The notes below the pieces were generated by a model. The model was not told the DNA's origin. It was given only the letters and a program-made list of their open reading frames with translations, and searched no databases. The position numbers and the translations under genes were made by a program. DNA of 63,814 bases, the filler included, from Limisphaerales bacterium (GTDB taxonomy: Bacteria; Verrucomicrobiota; Verrucomicrobiia; Limisphaerales; SIBE01), in assembly GCA_044225505.1 (NCBI GenBank). It is 3 parts of 3 records of this genome, joined end to end, with 100 filler letters (N's around TTAATTAATTAA, not from the genome) between each part and the next. Parts side by side here need not be neighbours in the genome. Positions count along the whole stretch, not along the records: positions 1 to 23,913 come from JBGAIN010000129.1; positions 24,014 to 47,813 come from JBGAIN010000130.1; 1 more part is not named here. One strand, written 5' to 3'. Each line of letters opens with the position of its first letter. Position 1 is the first letter of the stretch. Shown here piece by piece: positions 19,125 to 29,368 of this stretch.

Positions 19125-22100
19125 TTAAGGCCGATCCGGTCTCTTATAGTTTGGGGCCGGCCCCATGTGGGGAGGCGCTTCCTCCGACGGTCGCGCTTTC
19201 AGCCAGTCGAATTGCAGCGTCTCCAACAATGGTGCCCGAAAGACCAATGCTCCGTCGCGATGTACCGCCAAGAGCCTTTCGCCGTCGCGGGCGAACGCCA
19301 GCTTCAGTCCCGCCTGCTTGAACGAGAGCACCGCCTGTCCGGTGGCTGTATCAAAAACCCTGCTTTCGCCTTCCGAACCCGCGGCCAGACGCGCCCCGTC
19401 CGGAGAAAACGACAGTGAATGGTATTTGGTCAAGGCCCGCTGGAGAACCCTACGCTGGCGGGTAACGAGGTCCCAGAGGAGCAGTTCACCGGAAGTGTTG
19501 GCCGCCGCGACCCGCTGCCCGTCCGGAGAAAAGGCGCAGGCTTCAAGATTTTGAGCTGCCCCGTAGGCCCGCCACATGCGCGGCCCCACCATGGCGGGAA
19601 TTTTCCAAACGCCCATATCCCCTGGACCGGTGAAGCCAACCAACCGCTGGCCCTCATCGGACAGTTTGATGCCATGCACGTGCTCCGCTCGCGCCAATTG
19701 GGCGATCGGTGCCAGTCCAGGAAGTCGCCAGATGCGGATTTGGTCATCCGGTTCCACGCTATCTACAATCCCCTTAGTGGCCAGCGTGGAACCGTCCAAG
19801 GAGGCTTCAACAATGTAAACATCCTCCTTGTGCGCCTTCTTCACGAGGACTTCTTCTCCCACCAACGGACCAATGACGCGGAGGCTGCCATCCTGACCAC
19901 CCAAGACCACCGCCCGGCACCCTGCTAAAACCGCCGTGTCGCTCGGAAGCCCGCCAGGCAGCGGCACGGAAAAACGTCGTTGCAACGGCGTACTGGTCCA
20001 GACTTCGAGGATTAACCCCGATGGGGCATCATTGGTCGACGGAGGTTGCGCGATACGAGCAAAGCCGCTCCCATCGCCGGCCATTTCAATGAGTGTTGAG
20101 GAAGACAAGGAAACCTCCTCAGGCACGGACGGTGGCTCATTCATCGGCCACAGCTTGACCTCGCCATTGCGACTGCCGGTCGCCAGGAGATGTCCCCGGG
20201 GTGAGAAATCGACCGCGGTAATGACGTCGGTGTGGCCACGCAAAGTTCGGCTTTTTTGCCAATGCGCTGTCTCCCACAGGCGAACCGATGAATCGCCTCC
20301 CACGGTGGCAAGCCACTGTCCGTCTGGCGAAAACACCGCGCGTTCGACAATCGATGCATCGCGCAGTTCCGCTACCAGCGTCCGGGCTTCGACGTTCCAA
20401 ACTTGGCTGACTCCATGTCCGCCCGCATTCACTAGCCAGCGTCCGTCCGCGGAGAAGCTCAAATACCCCGGACTGCCCGATGCATTTGTCAGCCCGCCGA
20501 GGCGCGTGTGTTTCTCTAGATTCCATAAACCAATGCGACCGGACTCGTCCGCAACCGCTAGCAGGCGACCATCCGGCGAGAAGAGGCCCTGAGTCGCAAA
20601 GCTTGACTCCGTTCTAAAGGGCTGCAACCAGGTTTTCCGATCTAGGTCCCTGAGGCCGATTTGATTTCCGAACGCCACCGCCAGCAGCTCCTCGTTAGGG
20701 GAGATATCTACGGAACTGATCGGCGCGTCTGCGTAAAGCACGTTCGCCGCTGGCTCGTTCGGGTCCGAGACGCCACTGGTCTTAAGACTGGTCACCGTTA
20801 TGGCCGAACTGCCTCGCCACGAGCCCCGGTAGTACATCGCATTTCGCTTGGGTGAGACCACCGCAACCTCGGAAAAACTGCCGCCAAAACCCACATTGGT
20901 AAGAATCACCGATGCCCGGCGTTCGTCGAGATTCCAGACCACGGCGCGCCAATCCGCTTTCCCGGCACTCACCAAGGTGTTGTCATCGAGGAAATGAAAG
21001 CTCGAAACCCGAGTGGAGTGCCCAGCGAGCGCAATGTTGCGATCGCCATCGCTGAGAGCAACGAGATAACGCCACTCCCAATTGCGCAAGTCCGGCCCGC
21101 CCTGCAGCGGTTGGTGCCGCCTTAATAATTCCCGAGCCCGTCCTAAGTCCATGTCTTCCAACGCTCGCGCCGCCAGATTCATGTCAGCCACGTAGGTGCC
21201 GTGCTGGAACTTGAGCGCCTCGGCCTCCGCCCGCTGCCATTGCCAGACGATACCGCTTATACCCGCCAGACCGACCGCCACCAACCCGACCATCGCCGCC
21301 GCCAGCGCCGGTTTGCGTCGCCCCCACCGTACCATCCGTTCCAGAACACTGGCTGGACGAGCCCATGTCGTTTGGCCATCGAGAAAACGCGCCAAATCCT
21401 CGGCCAGGGCTGCAGCGCTGGCGTAACGTTCGTTCGGGTTTTTGCTCAAGCCATGCAAGCAGACCGCCGCCAGATCCAAGGGCACGGCAGGATTCAACAG
21501 CCGCGGCGACAACGGTTCCTGCTGCAATACTTGCGTCAACGTCTCTGCGGCACTTGCGCCCACGAAGGGCGCCCGACCGGTGAGCAGATGAAATAACACG
21601 GCGCTCAACCCGTAAACGTCGGCGGCTGGACCGACTGTCCCTCCCCCTCTCGCTTGTTCCGGGGCGATGTAGCCTGGCGTTCCTAACACTTGCCCCGTTA
21701 GCGTAAGCGAGCTCTCGTCATCCATCGGCCGAGCAAGTCCGAAATCCGTGACATGCGGTTCCCCGCCCGTGTCCAGCAGCACGTTGGATGGTTTGAGATC
21801 ACGATGGAGCACACCTTGCTGATGCGCGTGTTGCACCGCCGCGGCCACGTTCGCTACGAGCTCGGCGGCCTGCCTGGGAGGCAATGGCCCCTCACGCGTG
21901 GCGTCGGCCAGGTTCCCGCCGCGCACCAAATCCATCGCGAAGTAATGCTGGCCCCCCTGTTCGCCAACCTCGTGCACCGTCACGATGTTGGGATGCTTCA
22001 ACTTCGCGGCGTTCGCCGCCTCAGCCCGAAAGCGTTTGACTTGCACCGCCGTGGCCAGCCACGCATCACGCAAGACCTTGACTGCAACCTCGCGCCCCAG

Positions 22101-22340
22101 ACTGATCTGCCGCGCACGGAAGACCACGCCCATCCCGCCCCGCGCAACTTCCTCGATTAGTTGGTAATCGCCCAAGCGACGGAGATCGGGCGTCACCGGA
22201 CTCTCGGCAGGCTCAGGCGATTCTGGCGAGAGGACCAGGGTCGTCAGGCAACGGGGACAGTTGCCCGCCAGTTCCTGGCCCGCCAGAGGTGCCCCACACC
22301 GGCGGCACCTTTTCGCTTCAGTTTCAGAGCGAGCTGCCAC
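19125..22340 (-). CDS. Ser/Thr protein kinase with N-terminal Zn ribbon, TM helix and WD40 repeats
   Basis: CRRC...CPRC, RGGMGVVF, VAVK, HRDLKPSN, DFGLA, GTPGYIAPE, multiple GH...FSPDG repeats. Confidence 0.95.
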   Translation of the reverse strand: MAARSETEAKRCRRCGAPLAGQELAGNCPRCLTTLVLSPESPEPAESPVTPDLRRLGDYQLIEEVARGGMGVVFRARQISLGREVAVKVLRDAWLATAVQVKRFRAEAANAAKLKHPNIVTVHEVGEQGGQHYFAMDLVRGGNLADATREGPLPPRQAAELVANVAAAVQHAHQQGVLHRDLKPSNVLLDTGGEPHVTDFGLARPMDDESSLTLTGQVLGTPGYIAPEQARGGGTVGPAADVYGLSAVLFHLLTGRAPFVGASAAETLTQVLQQEPLSPRLLNPAVPLDLAAVCLHGLSKNPNERYASAAALAEDLARFLDGQTTWARPASVLERMVRWGRRKPALAAAMVGLVAVGLAGISGIVWQWQRAEAEALKFQHGTYVADMNLAARALEDMDLGRARELLRRHQPLQGGPDLRNWEWRYLVALSDGDRNIALAGHSTRVSSFHFLDDNTLVSAGKADWRAVVWNLDERRASVILTNVGFGGSFSEVAVVSPKRNAMYYRGSWRGSSAITVTSLKTSGVSDPNEPAANVLYADAPISSVDISPNEELLAVAFGNQIGLRDLDRKTWLQPFRTESSFATQGLFSPDGRLLAVADESGRIGLWNLEKHTRLGGLTNASGSPGYLSFSADGRWLVNAGGHGVSQVWNVEARTLVAELRDASIVERAVFSPDGQWLATVGGDSSVRLWETAHWQKSRTLRGHTDVITAVDFSPRGHLLATGSRNGEVKLWPMNEPPSVPEEVSLSSSTLIEMAGDGSGFARIAQPPSTNDAPSGLILEVWTSTPLQRRFSVPLPGGLPSDTAVLAGCRAVVLGGQDGSLRVIGPLVGEEVLVKKAHKEDVYIVEASLDGSTLATKGIVDSVEPDDQIRIWRLPGLAPIAQLARAEHVHGIKLSDEGQRLVGFTGPGDMGVWKIPAMVGPRMWRAYGAAQNLEACAFSPDGQRVAAANTSGELLLWDLVTRQRRVLQRALTKYHSLSFSPDGARLAAGSEGESRVFDTATGQAVLSFKQAGLKLAFARDGERLLAVHRDGALVFRAPLLETLQFDWLKARPSEEAPPHMGPAPNYKRPDRP

Positions 22341-22461
22341 GATTTACTTAAGCCGTAAGGCCAGTTTTAAATTACGCCGTCGTCAATGCCGCCGGTTCCA
22401 GAGGAAGTAGCCCCGTAACACTGGCTTGCCGGTGGCCGCAGGCTAGCCGGAGTCGTCTCAC

Positions 22462-23208
22462 TCAGCGAGACCAAGCCCCAAGCAGATACTTGATCTCCTG
22501 CTCCTCCTCCGCCGCGGAACTGCATAGTTGCCGGACTTCGGTCCGCAAGAGTTCGCGCAGTCGAGCGCGCATCCGGTGCAGCGCCACCGCGACCGAGCCC
22601 GGCGCCATGCCCAGTTTAGTCGCCACAGTCTCGTAACCTTCCGGATCAGCGCCATCCAGATACGGGGCCAGCATCGCGAAATATTCTCCCTTTCCGCGAG
22701 CAACGTGTTCCTCCCGCAATGCGGCGAAAGCACGTGCGATGACGGTTTGCGCAAACCGCTGGTCGAAGGCGGCTTCCGGCGAACTCGTTGACAAATCCGC
22801 CACGCATAACTGCTCCGCGTCGTCCGTGTTGAACGACACCACCACGCGTCCGCCGCCACGTTTTATCGCTTTGTCGCGCAGAGCCTGTTTGATGACAAAA
22901 TTCCGAAGCGACGCGAGCAAGAAGGTGCGAAAACGACCTTTGGCCGGACTCACTCCTGCCAGGTCTTCCCGCGCCAAGACCCGAGCGAGGAATCCTTGCA
23001 CCAAGTCTTCAGCGTCCTGTGGTGAGTGCCCCTGCCGCCGTAGGAACGAGTAAAGCGGCGGCCAGTAGGCACGGCAAAGCGCCTCGAGTTCCGGCGAATC
23101 GGACGCGGCCGCCGCCGCGCTCGCTTGAAAAATCTTCGACCATTGCGTCGTAGGGAATTCTGCACGCGTGGCGGGACCAGTCGAAGCTCTTCGCTCGTCG
23201 TTCATCAA
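22462..23208 (-). CDS. ECF sigma factor (STK-associated type)
   Basis: FPTTQWS, LCRAYWPPLY, DAEDLVQGF, GRFRTFL, C-terminal HTH. Lies directly upstream of the kinase. Confidence 0.9.
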   Translation of the reverse strand: MMNDERRASTGPATRAEFPTTQWSKIFQASAAAAASDSPELEALCRAYWPPLYSFLRRQGHSPQDAEDLVQGFLARVLAREDLAGVSPAKGRFRTFLLASLRNFVIKQALRDKAIKRGGGRVVVSFNTDDAEQLCVADLSTSSPEAAFDQRFAQTVIARAFAALREEHVARGKGEYFAMLAPYLDGADPEGYETVATKLGMAPGSVAVALHRMRARLRELLRTEVRQLCSSAAEEEQEIKYLLGAWSR

Positions 23209-23287
23209 ACCGGCAAGAAAGTATCATGGCTCTAAGCGGGCGAAAAGCCCAGGGGCACGAAAGCTCTCCTCGGGATCTCTGCGGGCT

Positions 23288-23669
23288 CTACGGGCTAAAA
23301 CCGCCGAACTGGCGCTCCACCTCGCTCACCTTTCGTCCCGCCAGCACCCGGCGCGCATACTCCCTCTCGCCCAGCACCACTCCTCCCACCAATCCTTCCC
23401 AGGGACTCTCCCCCCCCTTGCCGGATCGGCTCCTCCGTATACGCCTGCAACGCCGCCCTCCGCTCCGCACCGGATTTAAATGGAGATACCGTGCCACCTG
23501 CACCGCTTTGAACCGGCCCTGAAACACCCTCCCGTGCGAGCAGTGCGCGCCACCGCGCCCAGCAACCGCTGCCGATCCGCGTCGTCCAAATACCACGCTT
23601 CATCCCGATACCTCGATTCATAACGTCATACCACGCACCTGCCACGTCCACGCGTAATGCCCTCGCCAT
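23288..23669 (-). pseudogene. Degraded REP-associated tyrosine transposase (RAYT, Y1 HUH family)
   Basis: MARALRV..AGAWYDVMNRG, GRVFQGRFKA, RYLHLNPVR and ESPWEGLVGGVVLG are spread over shifting frames. The HUH segment is missing. Confidence 0.75.
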
Positions 23670-23807
23670 TCTTCCAGCATCCAAACGCTATACCCTTTCG
23701 TCACTTCTTTAGACACGACCCCTTTGCCGTTTTTTTAACAGAACTCGGTGCATTCGGAATCATCGGATCGCGAGATTTATCCTAATGCCATTCGGTAATT
23801 CTATTCA

Positions 23808-23894
23808 GTCCCGGAAGGGACAGAATGAGAGAAGCCCGGTCGCTTTAGCGCCGGGTGCTCAAGTGAGAGGGCCCAAGCCCCGGAGGGGCGGCTG
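23808..23894 (+). repeat. REP-like element at contig end
   Basis: GTCCCGGAAGGGAC...AGCCCGGTCGCTTTAGCGCCGGG...GCCCCGGAGGGGCGGCTGA, similar to the reverse complement of 14278-14366. Confidence 0.6.
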
Positions 23895-23913
23895 AGTGCG
23901 GCGAGAAAGGGCG

Positions 23914-24013
23914 NNNNNNNNNNNNNNNNNNNNNNNNNNNNNNNNNNNNNNNNNNNNTTAATTAATTAANNNNNNNNNNNNNNNNNNNNNNNNNNNNNNN
24001 NNNNNNNNNNNNN
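23914..24013. other. Artificial contig linker
   Basis: N44-TTAATTAATTAA-N44, with stops in all six frames. Confidence 0.98.
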
Positions 24014-24355
24014 AGCGTGGTGGATATGGCGAAGTATATGGCATTCCATCTGGCCGGGCATCGATCGGGCACTGACCTACTCGGCCTGGAGTCTTTGATT
24101 AAACTTCACACCGCCGTGACGAACAACGCGAACTACGCCTATGGTTGGAATGCCGTGGATCGGCCGTGGGCCAAAGGCAAAGCGCTTCATCACAATGGAT
24201 CGAATCTGATGTGGTATTCGGTCATTTGGATGGCGCCGAACGTGGATTTTGGCGTCATTGCGGTCTGCAACGTCGCGACGGGAACAGGAGCGAATCCAGG
24301 GGCGACGGCGACGGACCAGGTCGCAGCGAAAATGATCCAAACGTTCCTTCAGTGA
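24014..24355 (+). CDS. Serine hydrolase/beta-lactamase family, C-terminal fragment
   Basis: YAYGW, LHHNGSN.MWYS.IW.AP..DFGV..VCN. Truncated by the gap. Confidence 0.75.
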   Translation, partial: SVVDMAKYMAFHLAGHRSGTDLLGLESLIKLHTAVTNNANYAYGWNAVDRPWAKGKALHHNGSNLMWYSVIWMAPNVDFGVIAVCNVATGTGANPGATATDQVAAKMIQTFLQ

Positions 24356-24443
24356 AGTGGCAACCAACTCGCCCGAACCGGGTGAGATGCACTGCCGCCA
24401 CAGCCTTGTTCTGGATCGGTCCTCGTCGAGGGCCAGCGGAAGC

Positions 24444-25931
24444 TCAGCGTCCTGGTGGCCCGTTGGGCGGCCCACGCCGTGTTTCCATGACCTTCCCAGA
24501 GCGTTTGCCCTCCAGTTCATCGGAAACATTCTTGGCCCGCAATGTTATCCAGTCATCGAAGGAGCTTTGCTCGGGCGGGCCTTTCGGGCCGCCCCGTCGG
24601 TCGCCTGGGGCTGGTCCAGGCATGGCGGCGTCTGTTTGGCCGAGAGCGACGCGCTGAAAAGTGGCCTTGGCCATCGGCGATTCGGAGAACACAGCGTCTT
24701 GGACAACGCCGGTCAATTGGTGCGCGACCGCGAGGAGGCGATCTGGGTCACAGGCGTTTGTCAGCACGGACCGCAGCTCGCGGCGATAAGCGGCCGACCA
24801 CTTCGGGTTGGAGAGAACCCGGTCGAGAAGCCGGTTTTGGCCCTGGGCGAACCGCAAGACGCTGGAGTCGGCCTGGCCTTGACGAGGTCCAGCGCCAGGA
24901 TGGCCACCGAACGCTTCGTTCAAATCCCACGGGATGAAGGAAGCCTGGGACCGAGTCGAGGGCAGAAACAGGTAATAGTTATGGCCATTCCCAATGAACG
25001 AATCGAAATTGGCCAGGATCGACATGACGGCGACGTAGCGAAGGAAATTGGTTAAATCCAGCCGTTGGGGAAGCTCACGTTCCAAGGTCGCATCGTCCGC
25101 CTGGGCGATCAATCGGGTGAGGTCGACCATCCGTTGCGCGTCCGCGGGCTTAACGTCGGTCTTTGGTTGGTAACGGTTGGTATAACCAGACCAACGGTCG
25201 CCGAGATACTCCAGGCTTGAAATGCGCTCGGGCTTAAGGAGCAGGCCGTGCTTCGTGGCAAAGCGCGCCTCTAGAAAGTCTTTATCGATCGGCTCGACGA
25301 CGGTGTAAAGGCCGAGATACTGAGTGCCCGGGCGGCCCGTCACCGTAACGTAGACTTTGGCGAAAGCCGTGCGCGGAGTTGGGAGACCGGCCAATCGGCA
25401 GCTGTCATAAGCGAGGGCTTCTCGGAACTGGGTGGCGTCATTCACGTTGCTATTCAACGAGATCTCTTTCACCCCGAGAAAGGAGCGGCCTTTGGCCCCG
25501 TGGTTAAAGTCGACCTTGAGGGGCAACTTTCCGTTCACACGAGCCGCATTGAGCGACGAGTTTCCCTTCAGGCGGATGGCAACGTTGGTGAGCGTCTGGC
25601 CCGCACATTCAAAAGAACAGGAGATCCAAGGCGGATTAACGTCGGCTTCATTGGGCGCCTGCCGTGGCGGCACTTGCTGCAACGCGGTCCAATCCTTGGC
25701 GGTAAAATGCAGATGAATTGTCCAAAGATTGGTCAGGCCAAAGAAGCGGTCCGACGCGGGGGCCGAGTTGGCCGCGGCTAACGCCGGGGCGAGATCTCCT
25801 CGTGCGACCAAGAAAGCGATGGAGCAAAGCACCAGTGCGGCCCGAACGGTATGGACGAGGTGCCCTCGAAACCGGCGGCGCGAAATGAAGTGGTCACGCA
25901 TGCCTGACAGATACCGCAAGAGCAAGGTCAA
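24444..25931 (-). CDS. CotH kinase family protein
   Basis: VAIRLKGNSS, LKVDFN, YLGLYTVVE, HNYYL, IPWDLNEAFG. Start uncertain. Confidence 0.88.
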   Translation of the reverse strand: MTLLLRYLSGMRDHFISRRRFRGHLVHTVRAALVLCSIAFLVARGDLAPALAAANSAPASDRFFGLTNLWTIHLHFTAKDWTALQQVPPRQAPNEADVNPPWISCSFECAGQTLTNVAIRLKGNSSLNAARVNGKLPLKVDFNHGAKGRSFLGVKEISLNSNVNDATQFREALAYDSCRLAGLPTPRTAFAKVYVTVTGRPGTQYLGLYTVVEPIDKDFLEARFATKHGLLLKPERISSLEYLGDRWSGYTNRYQPKTDVKPADAQRMVDLTRLIAQADDATLERELPQRLDLTNFLRYVAVMSILANFDSFIGNGHNYYLFLPSTRSQASFIPWDLNEAFGGHPGAGPRQGQADSSVLRFAQGQNRLLDRVLSNPKWSAAYRRELRSVLTNACDPDRLLAVAHQLTGVVQDAVFSESPMAKATFQRVALGQTDAAMPGPAPGDRRGGPKGPPEQSSFDDWITLRAKNVSDELEGKRSGKVMETRRGPPNGPPGR

Positions 25932-25975
25932 TGCACGTTACGATTGGGTGGCAGAGAATTCGGCTCGCGCGCTCG

Positions 25976-26890
25976 CTACGCCTCGGCGAGAGCGCGGTTG
26001 ATGCGCTGGATCGCTTCGTCAATCTCGGCCCGTGCTTTAAAGCCAATGACCACGGCGTCAAGTTCGGGGCGCGACATCGCGAACCGGATCGACTTCTCAC
26101 GATCCTCCGCGGTGACGAATTCGCCATTACCGCAAATCTTCATCCCAATAACGCCGCGTCCTTTGGCGCGCATGGTTTTGAGTTGGGTGACGACCGGCGA
26201 GATTTCATGGATAGTATCGTTCCAAACGGACTCTTCTTCGCCATCGATCCGGCGCCCTTGCGGATTGACCCGAACGAGGTGCACTTCGATCCAAGGATGC
26301 GCTGTCGCCGTCCGGAGGGCGGGCAAACTATGACAGGAAACGCCTCGGCCGCGAATCCAGCCTTTGTCTTTCGCGATGTCGAAGCCCTCCATAATCCGCT
26401 ACCAAGCATCTGTCCAACCGTCTTTGACCATGCAATGGATCAGCATGGTATCGACGTAATCGGTATCGAATACTTTGCGGTGATGGTCGATCGCCTCGAG
26501 CACTTTCTCGGGCTGGCCGGGGATTTTCGACTGAATGAAAAGCTTCTCCCGAGGCAGACCTTTGATCGCTCCGGCCATCCAATCGAAGGTCTTGTAAGTC
26601 TCTGCGCAATCGAAATAGGTAATGCCCTGGTCGTAAGCGTAGCGGACGAGGCTATTGAACCCTTCCCGTCCGAGATCGAACTGAACTTGGCCACTGTTAC
26701 TGCCTGTGCCCATGCCCAAGCGACTCAATTTGATGCCCGTATTTCCCAGCACCACTTGATCGACAGCGGTGCGTTTGACCTTGGACGCCGCGGCAACCGG
26801 TGACATTGCGCTGGCAGCGGCGACCAAAGAGCCGGCGGCGGCGAGAGATCCATGCAAAAACTGACGGCGGTTGAGGGGAGTTCCATTCAT
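25976..26890 (-). pseudogene. Tat-signal aldo/keto reductase interrupted by an in-frame TAG
   Basis: NRRQFL Tat motif, SRLGMGTG, YFDCAETY. Reads GWTDAW*RIMEGFD in one frame (TAG at 26399-26401), then GVSCH and GMKI. Confidence 0.8.
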
Positions 26891-27003
26891 AAGGGCATGC
26901 GGTGTTGATTTGAAGTAGCAGAGAAAGGTGCCAATGGCAATCCGAAGAATCCGAAGATTTCACCTGCGAAACGCTTCGATTTGTGGCTTATTGGACCTCG
27001 TTT

Positions 27004-27462
27004 ATGTCCGTTGCCATTAGCCAATCCAGACACCCGGAACCGGTAACACAATTCTCGGTATTTACAGCCAACCGCCTCGGTCGGCTCAACCAACTCATCG
27101 GCCTGCTCAGCGCGTCAGCTGTCCATGTGCTAGCCATCACGATTTTGGATACTACAGACAGCGCCATCATCCGGATCGTGGTGGATGACCCAGACAAAGC
27201 TCGAACCTTGCTGCAGGAAGAAGCGTTTGCGTTCACCGAAAGCAAACTCTTGGTGGTTGAAATGGGCTCCGCCACAGAACTGAGCGCACTCATGGCCGCC
27301 CTGCTCGAGGCCGAGATCAACGTCAATTATCTCTACTCGTTCATTCCGCACCCAGGCGGAAAGTCACTCCTGGCATTGAGCATGGAAGACAACGAGATCG
27401 CTGAGGGAGTGCTCACCAAACACCAATACAGGATCCTGAAACAGGGCGATCTCTCCAGGTAA
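27004..27462 (+). CDS. Tandem ACT-domain protein
   Basis: QFSVFTANRLGRL, DSAIIRIVVDDPD, EINVNYLYSF. Confidence 0.85.
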   Translation: MSVAISQSRHPEPVTQFSVFTANRLGRLNQLIGLLSASAVHVLAITILDTTDSAIIRIVVDDPDKARTLLQEEAFAFTESKLLVVEMGSATELSALMAALLEAEINVNYLYSFIPHPGGKSLLALSMEDNEIAEGVLTKHQYRILKQGDLSR

Positions 27463-27518
27463 CACCAAGACGCGGGCTGATTTCCGAACGGCGTCGCTTG
27501 AATCGCTGGGCCGCCGGC

Positions 27519-29249
27519 TCAACGTGCGCTGGCGCTCGGCGCTGGCTCTGGACGAGTCGGCGGCGGCACCTCGCTACTTGGGACACCTCGCTGGTTCAGG
27601 ATTTCCCGCGCTCTGTCCAACGCCGCATCGATATGCGCGCAAACATTCTCGCGCCCCAGCCGATCAAGAAACCCTGCCTTATCCATGGTAAACAAAGGCT
27701 GGGTGTGCGGCGCACTCAGGACGAGATGCTGGCCTCGCGAACGGAGTTTCTCGGCCAGGTCTTCCAAGGCGTTGAGGCCGGTGGCGTCCATGGCCAGGAC
27801 TTTTCGCATCCGCAAGATGAGGACCTTCGGCTGTTGTTTGGATCGCTTCAGGGCCGTTTCGAGCTTGTCCGCCGCCCCGAAAAAGAACGCTCCAAATACC
27901 CGGAAAACCAGGACGCCATCGGGGATCGTCTTGCCGCGCAAGGAATGGTGAGACCCTTCCGTCTCGGTCGATTCATCCACCGCTGTGATCTGGGTTGTCT
28001 CTGAAATGCGCTTAATAAACAAGACCGCGGCTAAAACCATCCCAACCTCGACGGCGACCGTGAGATCGATCAGCACCGTTAACCCGAACGCGACCAGGAA
28101 CACGGCCGCATCGCTCTTCGGCCACTTGGAAAGACGCGTGAACTGATGCCACTCGCCCATGTTATAAGCCACAAACACGAGCACCGCACTTAACGTCGCG
28201 AGCGGGATGTACTTCGCTAACGGGGCAGCCACCAGAATGATGAGAAGCAACGTGATGGCATGAATCACTCCGGCGATCGGGCTGCGTCCACCCGATTTGA
28301 CGTTCGTCGCGGTCCGGGCGATGGCGCCGGTGGCTGGAATTCCGCCGAATAAACCGCTGGCGATGTTGGCAATGCCTTGGGCGATTAATTCCTGATTGGA
28401 ATTATGGCGATCGTCAATCATGCCATCGGCAACGACGGCGCTGAGCAAGGATTCAATCGCTGCCAGCAAGGCAATGGTAAAGGCCGGTTGGATCAAGTGT
28501 TGAATACTGGTCCAGGAAATCTCCGGAATCCGGAGGGAAGGCAGGCTCTGGGGAATCCCGCCAAACCTGCTGCCGATCGTTTCGACAGGCACTTGAAACA
28601 GCACTACGGCCAAGGTGCCTGCCAGCATGGCCACAATTGAGCCGGGGACACGTTTGGCCAGCTTCTTGGGCCAAATCAAAATGAGCAGAAGCGACCCGAG
28701 AGCCAGCAGCATCGTTGGCCAGTGCAGCGTGTGGAAGTTCCCTCCTAAGACGCGCACCTTTTCAACAAAATCGGCCGGCACTTTGTCGACCTTCAAGCCA
28801 AAGAAATCTTTGACTTGAGTACTGAAGATTAGTACGGCGATCCCACTGGTAAATCCCGTTGTGACGGGATACGGGATGTACTTGATCATCGTTCCCATCT
28901 GGGCGAACCCCATGATGAGCAACATAAAGCCGGCCATGATTGTGCAAATGATCAGATTATTGAGGCCATATTGCGCGATCACTCCAAACACAATCGCCAC
29001 AAACGCGCCGGTCGGCCCGCCAATCTGAACTCGCGACCCTCCCAGGGCAGAAATGAGAAACCCAGCCACAATGGCGGTGTAGAGTCCTGCCTTCGGATCA
29101 ACCCCGGAAGCAATGCCGAACGCCATCGCAAGCGGCAGCGCAACGATCCCGACCGTGACTCCAGAGGTCAAGTCGGCCAGAAAGTTTTGGACAGTATACC
29201 CGCGGAGGGTCTCAACGAGTTTAGGACGAAAAATCACGGCATCGCTCAT
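27519..29249 (-). CDS. SulP-family anion permease with STAS domain
   Basis: GIVALPLAMAFGIASG, QIGGPTGAF, ESLLSAVVAD, GAIARTATN, FFGAA STAS. Confidence 0.95.
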   Translation of the reverse strand: MSDAVIFRPKLVETLRGYTVQNFLADLTSGVTVGIVALPLAMAFGIASGVDPKAGLYTAIVAGFLISALGGSRVQIGGPTGAFVAIVFGVIAQYGLNNLIICTIMAGFMLLIMGFAQMGTMIKYIPYPVTTGFTSGIAVLIFSTQVKDFFGLKVDKVPADFVEKVRVLGGNFHTLHWPTMLLALGSLLLILIWPKKLAKRVPGSIVAMLAGTLAVVLFQVPVETIGSRFGGIPQSLPSLRIPEISWTSIQHLIQPAFTIALLAAIESLLSAVVADGMIDDRHNSNQELIAQGIANIASGLFGGIPATGAIARTATNVKSGGRSPIAGVIHAITLLLIILVAAPLAKYIPLATLSAVLVFVAYNMGEWHQFTRLSKWPKSDAAVFLVAFGLTVLIDLTVAVEVGMVLAAVLFIKRISETTQITAVDESTETEGSHHSLRGKTIPDGVLVFRVFGAFFFGAADKLETALKRSKQQPKVLILRMRKVLAMDATGLNALEDLAEKLRSRGQHLVLSAPHTQPLFTMDKAGFLDRLGRENVCAHIDAALDRAREILNQRGVPSSEVPPPTRPEPAPSASAR

Positions 29250-29368
29250 AGCATTTCAAATCCAGGATTCGGAGCAGCCTACAGGCGGTCGCTACCTCCC
29301 ATGTTGCGGGCTCCGAAAGTCATTTCAATGTAAAATCATTCTTTCCGGTTCAACGTCTCGGCTCAGCG

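Noticed and set aside
23914..24013. TTAATTAATTAA palindrome within N runs (also 47814-47913)
   Set aside because: Artificial six-frame-stop linker. The ORF 47866-48591 running into X residues is an artefact of it.
26399..26401. Genome-wide TAG reassignment
   Set aside because: Multiple conserved genes in the window end at TAG at their expected C-termini.
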